A stretch of DNA of 64,000 bases from Macrostomum hystrix (Eukaryota > Animalia > Platyhelminthes), in contig CATNEN010000039.1 in assembly GCA_950097015.1 (NCBI GenBank), positions 20,398,001 through 20,462,000 on the forward strand. The letters run 5' to 3'. Below, one piece after another: positions 50,801 through 62,800 of this stretch. The notes under the pieces are model-generated. The model was not told the DNA's origin. It searched no databases and saw only the letters and a program-made list of their open reading frames with translations. The position numbers and the translations under genes were made by a program. Numbering within the stretch: position 1 is the first letter of the stretch; each line of letters opens with the position of its first letter.

Positions 50801-53800
50801 CAACTCGACTGTCGCATAACATCGCTTTCTTTAAGTCAATTTACTACAATGGTCAAAGATTGCAAAACCTGAGTCGAACTAGTCTAGGCTTCCTGCAGGT
50901 TCTCACTGGCTCATTGTCTGCAGCCGCTGGCTCGCGGTTTCACAGCTTAGTTGTTGACTTCAAAAGTGTTCATCTAATTAATGGAGTGGATATGATAGCA
51001 GGTAAGAATTTTAAGTTAATAATTTCCTGCAGCAGTGCAGTCAGTTGATGTTGTTATTTCCCACTTGTTGTTGGACGTTGGGCTAAGCTGGTCATTGGTC
51101 TTTTGCTTTGTTAGTTTTCCTTCGGCTGAGATTGAACCAACGATCTCAAAATTCGAACCTCTTACCACTGGGCTAAAACCTCTGTAGGTTGTTAATTGTG
51201 TGAAGCATCACCCTCAGTAGATCACAAATATTGATTTCAAGAATCATCAACCAAGCGTACACAAAATATTTTTATTCGCAGCTGGCAGCCAGCCAGGCCT
51301 CAGAATTCTGGTTGGGCAAACGTGGCAGCAATCGATGGCAGATTTCGCCTTCAATGGTTGGCGCCAGTGCGGAGCAGTCGAGGTCCCGCAGCTCAGCACC
51401 GATTACAGCATTGGCTGCTCAACTGACGGCCTGCCGTATCGATTTTTAGCTGTGATACGCCTGAGGGAGCTGGGCTCTTTGAACATCACGGCGATCATAG
51501 TCTATGGGAAGGAGTGTAAGTGCCTGAGGGTAAAAAAATTTCAGGATAAACTTAAACGCTTAAAATAGAACATTTTAGAACCTTTAGGAAACTTTAGGCA
51601 ACTTTAAGAAAAAAAGTTACCTGTGTGACCTGATGGAGAGATCTACTTAATAATTTGCTCTCTTCATTGTTTATAGTTTTGGCAGTGGGGTTGCTGGCTG
51701 GGAGTGAAATAATTATCCCTGTTAAATTTCCTGGTCAGGCCACCACGTAAGTGAGGATGCTAGTCGCAGAGGTTTTCTATCGCATCTATCTAATGAGCTA
51801 TCTATGTGCAATAAAAGTACATCTAAAAACAACCCATGATAGTTTTACGCACCTCTTTTAATACCTTTTTTTCTTCCTTTGTCAGGCAAGTTGCGTCGTC
51901 CGACGCTTTGTAGCAATTAATTTATCGGTTTTCATAGGTATGAGTCGCAGTTATAATCGAAAAAAAATTATTTTAAAAATCCTGCGGACAATTGACATCA
52001 CTATTTTATCGGTGCGAACTAAGTTATAAGTACATTTTCAAACAGGACCAAATGTCTGATCCCTTAATTTTCTGAAGCAATACAACTGTGCTTATTTCAA
52101 CTTTTAAACTTTCTAAAGCAAACTTTTTCAGACTTAAAAAAGTATCTTAGTCAGAGAAATAAGCCAGTACAATATTGCAGCGCGATCTCTTTATCATTTC
52201 CTGTTGGTTACGTTTGAGCAAGTTCTTGAGACATGAGTTGAACAGATGCATGCGGAAGTTAGTACAGGCAGGTGAAGACGATTTCAGGACTCTATTTTAG
52301 TGCAATATTTCCCAATTTTCTGTAAATTTGTACAAAATTTTAGTTTTTATTTGCGATATGCATAAATTTTATTTATTGCGTGCCTTGTTTTAAAACGATA
52401 ATGCAGTATTTAATCGGGTACTTCATCCGCAGACTTTAAACTCGACGAGCGCGTACAGTTGCGTCCCGAGTGGCTACCAGAAGTGATATCATCGCCTTCT
52501 ACGATGTTTGGACAGGTGAGCCTTCAGGCTCGTCTGCAGCAGCAGACTCTGAAGCTGTGGCTCACTGACCAGACGACGCCGGACGCTGCGATGTTGAATG
52601 TAAGTCTTTTACAGTAGGAAGACCACGCTATTTCCCCCTTGGGGAAAGTCCACGGGGCTATTTAAAATACCCACTGATTACTTCAACGTAGCGCCCAAGC
52701 CGAATGACAGATCTTCGAGAAGACCACCATATAGATCAAACGATTCTGCCCTTTACGATTGCTAACTTTCAAAGCCGTCCGATTCAGCACAGTCGAGATA
52801 TTCAACAATTCTTGTCGAAGACCCTGGAGACAAGGACATAAGCATAAACCTCAATGGCGAATTCATATTGGTTAAAAAATATAATAACTAACAATATAAT
52901 CCACACTATATAGTCAAGAGTAATAGTCATGATGCATTTTTTGAGCAGAAAATATAGGCCCTATTGATGGTTTTTTGCCTCCAGACACCTCGACGAGAGT
53001 CGTTGAATATCTTGATGATGCCGATGTTTTGTGATTCAGGAAGTTGTTTCGTCGGATAGAGCGGAAATTTTAGCCCGTGTTCTGCATTTTCATGGCGATT
53101 GGTTGAATATGTTTAGACACAGAAAAAAAGAAAAGTGTAGGTATTTGAATCATAGTTCTTTCTGGTGCTAAAAAGCCTCTCAAGCGTGTTTAAAATGATA
53201 ACTTTTGAACAATCCAACTATACTAAATCTCTATGATTAGCTTGTTTGTCTGTCCGGCTGAAACGGTCTACTGTTTGACAATTCTAACTAAAGCTTAAAA
53301 TATTGGACTTTTGAGCAGTCTGGTGAGCTGTTACCGTTTTAGAAGCGGTACATCGTTCATGTCTCGAGCAATGGCAGCGCCACCCGATTGTCAAACTGCA
53401 CAGTCGAGCACAAAGACTATGGCCAGGCGGACTTTATATTGGCTTCTTTGCCAATTAATACCACTGCTAGCTCGGCTTCGATCATGTTTGACACGGACAA
53501 CTTCGCAAATCTTACCATCGCTTGGCAAAGCGACGACTCAGTTGGAGCGACCAAAATCGAGGTGTACCTCGAGCGCCAGTTACTGGGCGGTTGCTGGGAC
53601 AGTATCTACAGGATCGGTGTGAGCCGAGTCGGCTATTCTGGACTTCTCATTCCCCCGGACCCTTATGGATCAGCTGTTGCGTCACCGCAGATTTGGCTCA
53701 ACCAGACAGATACCAGCACCATGGGTGCCTTCTCACCGAACTTGCTCTCTTATCTGTCAGACGGATCCAGTTCTACCGATGCAGTTTTTATTCAGGTAGG

Positions 53801-56800
53801 TAAACATTTTTGTTTTACTCTTTGATTTAAATGAATTTGTTTGTCAATAATTACCTGAAAACGTTTCTCTCCTTCATTCGCAGGCTATTTTGCAGCAGCG
53901 AACTCGTTTATTCTCCGTTGCGGTTGGTGGCGGAGCTGACGTCACCCAAGTTGTCAATGCATCGAGCAGTGTCACAGAATTCGCGGTCGCGTTAAGCGAG
54001 ACGGGCAGCTACTGGGAAATGTACCGCAGGGTGAGGAGCAAGCGGAGCATTGTTTAAGCAGGAAATGCCGAGAAAAGATAGTCAGAAAAATACAAAATTG
54101 TTCATGTCCACTGCACTCTAGAACCAGTCGGGAGTTTTCACAGCTCATCACGTGACCAAGCATCGGCTGCTACCCGCGCCAACAGTGCGCGGCGTACGCC
54201 TGTATCCACTGAGGTGGCAGCGCAGTCTGGAGCTTCGCTGGCAGCTCTACGGGTGTCCTGATGACAGTAGCTGTGAGCTGTGCTATATTACTCACCGTTC
54301 TTTTATTAGCAGTTGAATAAGCTTTTTAAGTTCACAATGTCCTATTACATGAAAAGTAGACATGTTTTTGTGTTCTTCTGAATCTAATTTAGAACAGAAG
54401 CAATTGGCATTTACTGATGTCACATATGCATAGAACAAAATTTTATCTACTGAAGATTAATTAAAAGCACGAAAAAGCTTTTAAAAGAGTCAAGAAATGT
54501 GCAAGACACTCTACTGAATAAATTGCAGAAGAGCGCATCGTTTCTTTCTTCGTCCTAATTAAAAAATAATTTGTGCTAATAAATCGTTATCTCTCCATTC
54601 AAATATTATACAGTTGAACATAAGCTGAGGAAGTTTAGAGATATTAGGATATTTATTAAATAGTTGTGTTATAATGAAAATAATTGCAGGAGGGCTGCAG
54701 GGAATGCCATCATTTGGTGACACTAGATCCGCAGTTAGCGATTAATCAATTCTGCCCTAATTCGTTGACTCCTGAGCACACATGCACACAGATACCGTAC
54801 GCAGGCAGACAAAAAACTCATTAAGTTGTGTACATCTGTCCTGACTTTCTCATCGTCAGGCAGTGTACACTTCACAGTGCCTTGGAGGTTGGCCCTCAAG
54901 GGCTTAAATTGCACGACAAGCCCCCAGACTCTCTCCGCACCTGCGCCTCAAAAGAATGTGGCCTCGCCGCGTAATCGGGCTCAGGGACCTTGGCGTAAGA
55001 GGCCAAGATTGACTTCTCTGCCACTTAACCCCCAATTTGTGTTAAACATAAACTTCAAACCTGATGGTCCTTTTCTATAACTTTTACAGTCCTACCGAGT
55101 CCAATTTTACTGTCTCGCCATCGACCAACCGGCTCAAACAATGGCACCAGTGCTTCAACCAACCTCGCGGTGGATGGCAACCTAGTGAATCACGTGCTCT
55201 CCGGACTGTGCTATCAAGCAGTGCCCACGGCTGGCCTGCCACATGTCTATTGGTATGTGAGTCTGGGTGACCTGCAGCTCATTGCCTACATATTCATCGT
55301 GGACATGGTGCAAGGAATGGGTAAGCTCATTATCATGGCTATCTTCTTTTTTCTATTAGCTTTTATCGACTAAAACTCCTCAACTCAAGCTTCTTCACCC
55401 AAAATTGCAGCAACTGTCCAACAGGCATTTGAGGACATGCAGTCAGTCAGTGTGTTCATTGGCAACAGCACAGACACATCCCTGGCAACCATTGTGGACA
55501 CTTGGACTGGTGGGTTTATGAAAAGTCACCTGTGGACCGTTAAAGTTAATCAAGTGAGTTTTCATCACTCACATTTCATTGGATTAAAATGTTTCGTGCG
55601 ATAGTAATTTTTTTAATTTTAGTTTCTTTCTATTTTCCAAGGCAATTCCAAGGCAAGGCAAGGCAGTTCTATAATTCAAAGCAGCATAATTCTACAGCCT
55701 TGAATGTGTTAGTTAAACAAGGGATGAGTGACAAAGCGATTAATGCATTTGCCTATCGCACCAAGGTTCCTGAGCTCGATTCCGCTGCGAGGCCACATTT
55801 ATTTGGTGCGCAGAGACAGCTTAGGGGTTGCCGTGCAATATAAGCGCATTTTGGAATAAAATTATTATTGGCAAACAGATTTTGCGATGTTGGTGGTAAT
55901 AACAATTACGTAGATGGAATCTACGTAATCTCGTAGATGGAATAGAACCACAGCAACATAACGTTCGAATACCCAACAAAACATGTAGCTGACTTGCTAC
56001 AAATGTTACTAGTTATTTAAGAGTCGGCAAAAGCTTGAGCTTGTCTATTTAGTTTTGTCGTGGGGTTACATTTAAGCCTTAACCGGGCGACTGTACATAA
56101 CGATAACAAGGGTCATAGACAATAAGCGGAAAGGAGGGAAATAAAAGTACCATTTGAATCTTTAAATATTAAGAGTTAAAAGAAAGAAGTGAATTTGCTG
56201 CTACAAGATACTCCCCCCACCCAAAACGGAGTTTATGCAAAGGTTTTGATTGTCGTTATGAAACAGTTAGAAAACGATTTTCAGTTAGGTTAATAATGGT
56301 TCAGTTGCGTAAAACTGTGTAACGGATGGTTCTGTGGAAAAACGAACGTGGGAAGCGGTTTTAGCACGTATGTTTGCTGCCGGTGGGTTTTCCGGTGTTA
56401 CAGTAGTTGCTGGTGCTTTGCTAATTGGTACCGGTGCTGGGAGTGTAGCTGGTTTCACTCGATCGATAGACACCACAGAAGGCTTGCCGTTGATTTCCAA
56501 TGTAAATTTCGTTTCGTGTCTCTCCAGCACTGCATAGGGTCCCTGGTAGGGTGCTTCTAGGGGACGTCGAACTCGATCTAGTCGCAACCAGACGTGGGTG
56601 CATGCAGCCAAGTCTGCTGGCAGATAAATTCTTACCTCGCGCGTTCGTGGTTGGCGATACGGAAAAAAAAGTTGGTGCAGTCTTGTGGAAAGTTCCTTGA
56701 CCGAGGAGGTGTCGGCAACTACAGGTGGGACTAATGGTTGTTCACCGGTAACGATGGAGAATGGCGATGCACCTGTCTCGTCTGCAAAAATGCGCATTCC

Positions 56801-59800
56801 GAGAAGCACGATGGGTAGCTGCTGCAGCTAGTTCTTGCCACGTGCTTTCAGCCCGGACTTTAATGTTCGGTGGGTTCGCTCGACGATGCCATTTGCCCTC
56901 GGATTGTAGGCTGAAGTGCGGATGTGATGGATTCCGAGCAGTGTAGCCAGGTTTTGCATGAACCTATGATTTCTAAATTGTTCTACAGCAAATGCTGACT
57001 GTTTCTGTACTCAAATATTTCAGATCGCATCGGTGGCCGGGCTTCTGAAGGCGTCAGCTCTAGGCAACTTTTCCTTCTGTGAATTCGAGGTCTACGGATA
57101 CCCAAACGTTGGTAAGCAACTTTTAAACTAAAATTCACACATTCTGGAGTGTACAAAGTGTTTGAGTTGAATGCATCCCCTAATCTCTGAGTTCCAACAT
57201 CTCCAGCTGCGTACTACTATATTAACTGGCCAATCGGTCTGGAAGATGGTCGTGTTCAAGCCAATCAATTGGGAGTCGGCTGGGCTGTGCCAGCGAGTCC
57301 ATTCGATGGTTTTAGCCATCCGACGCCGTACATGGCCGCACTGAATAGGCAGCAGACGAGTGGACTGTCTCCAGCTGCCTTCTTCGCTACTAGTGAGTTT
57401 GTTATTCTCGAGAAGTCGCTGTAAACTTTGTTATTTTTATTATTTAAGTTTAACAGCAGGACGACCAAGCCATTGTTTTTATACCAAGCCATTGTTATAC
57501 TGGGGAAACTTCCCGCCCCTAATGCATGCTGAGCGACGCCGGGGCGCCCGACACTGCCACCGGCGCGGACCATGTTCGCGCACTGGCTCTGCGGCGCGCC
57601 ATCTGACGCTGCCTTCTTGACTTTTGGGGATCGTCTTTTGCTGTTTTTGTTGTTTTTGTTGTTTCCCACCCCTGAAAATTATTTGTGCTGCACCCGAACT
57701 GAGCAAGAACTGACAGACAGACTAGCGTTGTTTATCCAATAACCGCTTGTACGAGTAATTAGACAAAGCGCAGAAATACCCTTAGCCAACAGGGCCAAAA
57801 GCAACAAGAGGGAAGGCACAGGCGTGGCGACAAAGGCAGCGGACGAACGAGTCCTGCGATAGCGAATATATTTTAGGATTTGGGGCGTCACGAAGGAAGG
57901 AGTAAAAAGGAAGTCACGAAGCAACGGAATAAATGGCAATACAGAAAAAAAATTTACGAGCCAGAGCACGCACGAGAGAGCGTGAGCGCACAAATAAAAG
58001 TGGGGCCGACGCCGCCACCCCCCAACCAAACCACCCCACCTGCCGGCCGGCACCCAGCACCCCACCTTGCGGCAGGGATGCACACGCGCGAGCCGCACGC
58101 ACAGACAGGCGGAGGGTCGGCCCAGTCGGCTAAACACGATTACAGGGCCAGTTAAAACCGGCCCCGAAATCGCAACCTGAATAACATTAGATTTTCTTTT
58201 AGAGGAGAAATGTGATAATAAAGTCTCAGAGAAACGATAATTTTTTCGATAATACGAAAGAATAGATGATGCGATCGAACAAGTTTTTATTCAAAACAAC
58301 TAAATTTCCTCTTTTTTCTCTATTTTTGCTTTTCGGTTGCACTCATTCTCAGCTCATTGTGATTAATTTAGATATATACAAAAAATCAACATCCTTATTG
58401 AGTATCATAACATTAATATTGACTTTTTGGTTCCTACATGAGCTGAATTTGGCAACACTTCCAGTTGGCTCAGACATCTACCTTGAGATTCAACTAGATG
58501 TTAGTCACACAATCTGCGGCCTGGTGTGGCAGGGCAGCGGTGTGTTCAGCGATCTGCGTTTCAACAACACCAGCAGTTATAATGCTTTCGTTACCACTGT
58601 CGAGATACTGTACGGCAACTCGACAAAAACTTTGCAGTACTACTCAATGTACGGGACTTCGGGACTGAGTTCGGTGAGTTTTTGTGTCAGATAATAAAAA
58701 ACATTTCTTTTTTATTTAAGTACGAACGTCAGAGTTTCATAAAAAATCTAATCTGATTCAGACAATCAGCACAGGACTAATAGACAGTGTGACACCTTTG
58801 CGAATGTCTGTGAGCAGTCCGTTCAAGGCGAAAATTGTTCGTATTTTGCCCAAGGGTGCTACAAATCTGCGACTGCTTCGAATGGAGATTCTCGGCTATC
58901 CGGAAGGTGAGTAGGCCTTGAGTAGAGGAGCGTAACGTGTGAGGCGGTTCTGATTTGGAATTTGAAATTCCAAACGTTTTGAAATTTATTTCCTTAAAAA
59001 TATAGATTAATCGATTTCTGTTATGCTCTATTTTATATATAATATTTTTTCTATTTACATGCCCTCCATTGTGCCTAAAAATACTCCGTACATTCTGCCC
59101 CTCAAAACAAAACACACTCGAAAACTAGCCGTTCTCTGATCAGTGATCAAGGCAATCCATTAATGTATTAATTAATTAACTAACATTTCTCCCCAGACTC
59201 TAGCCTTATGACTTGTTCATTATTGTATGCTTAGACCCTGATATTTTTATTACCGATATAATGTTATAGCTAAGTAAATTAGAAAACCGGATAAAGATAA
59301 ACTTTTTGGTAATAGAGTTGCCAAATTCGTCGGACCAACATAATAACAAGAGAAGAGCCTTGGATCTGCTTGAAATAAAACCGATTGCCGTTTAAACATG
59401 AAAAAATATTTTTCTTAACTCATAATTTCCTAACAATCTTTTTGGCAAAAATCCAGCCTTCTAAACAGTTTCTTTTTAACATAATTTCCCGTCCTTACTA
59501 CTCATAGTGGTCCTTGGTGTGAGAGTGTCGCTTGGGTTATCAGAATGGGCAGGATTGTCTCCTGAAAGTTTGTAGGGAATTTGTAGGATTTCTATACGAA
59601 TCATTGGTATTTTAGTCCATGTGGTTATAAATTTAAGAGAACCTGCTCATTGAGAAGGACGAACGCGTTGCATTTCAGACTGCGACTGGCTGGACTCGTC
59701 CGTGGCAACTGTCAGCGCTGTGTCACCTTCAGTGGTCCAAGTCTCGCTCTCCGCTGCCCACATCCTGACTGGATGGAAACTCAGCGCCAGTGTGTGGAAT

Positions 59801-62800
59801 GCCACCTTCAGTTTGAGCTTCGTCAGCCTGAGAAATGGGAGCGTACAGAATGTCAGTCTGGGCGGAACTGCGAGAGTAAGTGAATTCTTTTAACAGTAGA
59901 AATACCCCGCCATTTCCCCCTGGGCAAAGACCCTGGGGTATTTCAAATACCCACTGCCTACTTCACGATGGCTCCCAAACCGAATGACCGATTTTCGTGA
60001 AAGTCCACAATACGCTCGTATGGATCAAGATTTTCCGTCATTTACAATGAAATCACTTTACGAGTCCACTCGTACTTGAACTCACTCGTACCTTCAAAGC
60101 CGACCAAGTCAGCATCGTCGAGATGTTCAGCGATTCTTGACCCTGGTGACAAGGCCAACTATTATTGCCCTTTGTAAACCCCAGTGGCGAATCAATAATT
60201 GGGTAAAAATGTAAAAACTTAGAATAAAAAATATATATCAACTATAATAGTCTATATGGTTACATGATGAAACTTTGTGAGCAGAAAATTATGCCTATTG
60301 GTGTTTTCTTTCCACCATACACCCCGACAAGAGTTGTTGAATATCTCGACGATGCCGATGTTTTGTGATTCTGGAAGTTGAGAGTCGCGTGAATCGCGAG
60401 AAACTTTTCAGAAAGAACAGAAAGAACAGGGAGATACAGAAAGAACAGAAAGAACAGAAAGAACAGGGAGATACAGAAAGAACAGAAAGAACAGGGATAT
60501 ACAGAAAGAAAAATTTGGGTATTTAAAATATCACAGTGGTTACTCTGCTGTTAATTCAACATCGTAAATACACTTTGCTTAGCAACTAGTTTTTCTAGCT
60601 GTTTGAGCTGACAGAGCCAAAGCTCAAAATATCTCCCACATACTTATTTCAGTTGTTCAACTGCAGTCTAGGTAACGAGCAATATCTTCCTATGGCGATC
60701 TATACAACTAAATTGTTTATCAACTTTTCCGATCCGAGTCACTTAAGCACAGGAATTTCGCTTCGCGGCTGTCGCATGTTAGGTAAGTTTGAGTTGGTCT
60801 TGAAGTTTAAAAATACATCGTTTGTAAACAGTGATAAGCCCCAGGAAACGCCCGTTAGATCTCAACAATGTCATAGTCGTCCGTGTTCCTCCGACACTAA
60901 ATTTATGCTCCTTGAGCAGACTGTCCTGCGAATTCCTTTCGGCATGGCCGCCTGTGCTACTGGGTGCCATTCTCCGACGTCAACCGACCGCACACGGTGG
61001 CCAACAGACGGGTGGCGAATGACATCTGCCAGTCGCTCAGCTGGCTAGGTGAAGGTCGGCTGGCTCGCATGACGACAGAAGCAGAGCTGCAAATCATGAG
61101 CTTCATATTCAGGCAGCTGAGAAACAGGTGTGCGAATGTTCTCATGTATTTTTAATCTAATCTCGACACGTTTAAATTGTTTAAAAATATATCGTTTTCT
61201 TTTTTCAAGCTCTACTCCGGTCTACAAGTTTGTACATATAGATGGCCAACGCAGTAATATTACTCGCGAGTTTAACACCTACAATGGTCAGCTAGCGGCC
61301 GCGCACCTGAATAATTGGCAGACAACTAACGAGTCCGGTGACTGTCTAGTTGCTGAGATTGGAGAACGAATGCAGTGGCGAACAGTGGCATGCGATAGCG
61401 AGACCGCTGTGCATCCGTTCATATGCGAGATACCGGCTGCTCGGAGTGAGTACTTTAAGGCGGTTTAAGTTCTTTTAAGCACATTTAGTACTTTAAGAAT
61501 AGCCTCTTTAGTAAACAAGTTCAAGTCAAGTCAAGTCAAGATAATCAAGTCAAGATACTACTAGCATGTGTATGCTCGTAGTATCTTGTTGCTTTCCTGA
61601 ATTCGCACTGATCAGTTACTTGCTAGTCAATTCTGAAAACAAATTTCGGCTTTTCAGACTTCCAGTGCGACTCGAAGCTTTTCCTGCCGGCACTCAGTCC
61701 GACTTCTCTCTGGACAATCGACCAATACCAGGCTACAGAAGCGACGTCGAAGGCTCTCGTAGAGTGTCAACTGAATGCTACGCGCAACTGCAGCGCCGTT
61801 CGACTGGCAGACCCCGTTGCAACTTGCAGCGTCAGCTCTGTCAATGCGTTGCTCGGCCAGCCATTTGCAGTGCTGAACAGCTCTGTCCAGTGGTCTTGCT
61901 ATGGTAAGATTCGATTGGATTCGGGCCGATGTCGAAAGCTGGACCCCACTTCAATCGGATGATCGACGCCTCCCAAATCCATGGTGGCGCCCCACACCCC
62001 AAAATCCTCGTTGGCGCCTTCCAAATCCACGGTGACGCCTCCCAAATCCACGGTGACGCCTCCCAAATCCATGGTGACGCCTTCCTAATCCACCGTAAGC
62101 CTACCAAATCAAAGATGTCTCGGCACTATACGAAGTAGTGGCCCTATAAAAAAGTCTGTCTGCGGCTCAGGATTGAATAACTTATGTTTTGCTTGATCCT
62201 TATAACCAAGATATTAAAAAGGTATAATGCAAAACGATTTCAGATGCAAGCTGTGACAGTCCACTTGTCAGTACCAACACAATGACCCATGCCACCAATA
62301 CGACGGTAAAAGTTGCTGGCATAACAGCTAAATCCAGCCTGCCAGGATTTTCACCAGAACGAATAGCTTTCAACTTTTTAGCAAATGGCAAGTACTTTCG
62401 TTTTTCAGCGAAAATCCTGACTGCAAAATTTCTTTATATCTTATGTATATTTAATTGACTAACTGTAGTGAGTAATTTTTCGACCACTGTAGACTCCAAC
62501 GTTGGAACATTCGGTTTCTACAGGGCTGCCACCACCAGCCTGAACGAATGGTTTCAGGTGGAGTTCGTGCAGCAGGTGACAGTAAAGTCCGTCGCAATGT
62601 CTGGAATTTATTGCCTTCCTGGACTTGCCCGGGAGGCTGTGACTAGCTATATCATTTTGTACTCTCGCTCTGGTATTTACTGGGGTCTGGCGCCTGGTGT
62701 AAGTACTGCTTAACGCATAATAATGACTGAAGTAAAGCTTGAATTTAGTTTGATTTGCAATTGAAATTTTTTTCCGAAATAGATAATGCGAGGACCGGTG

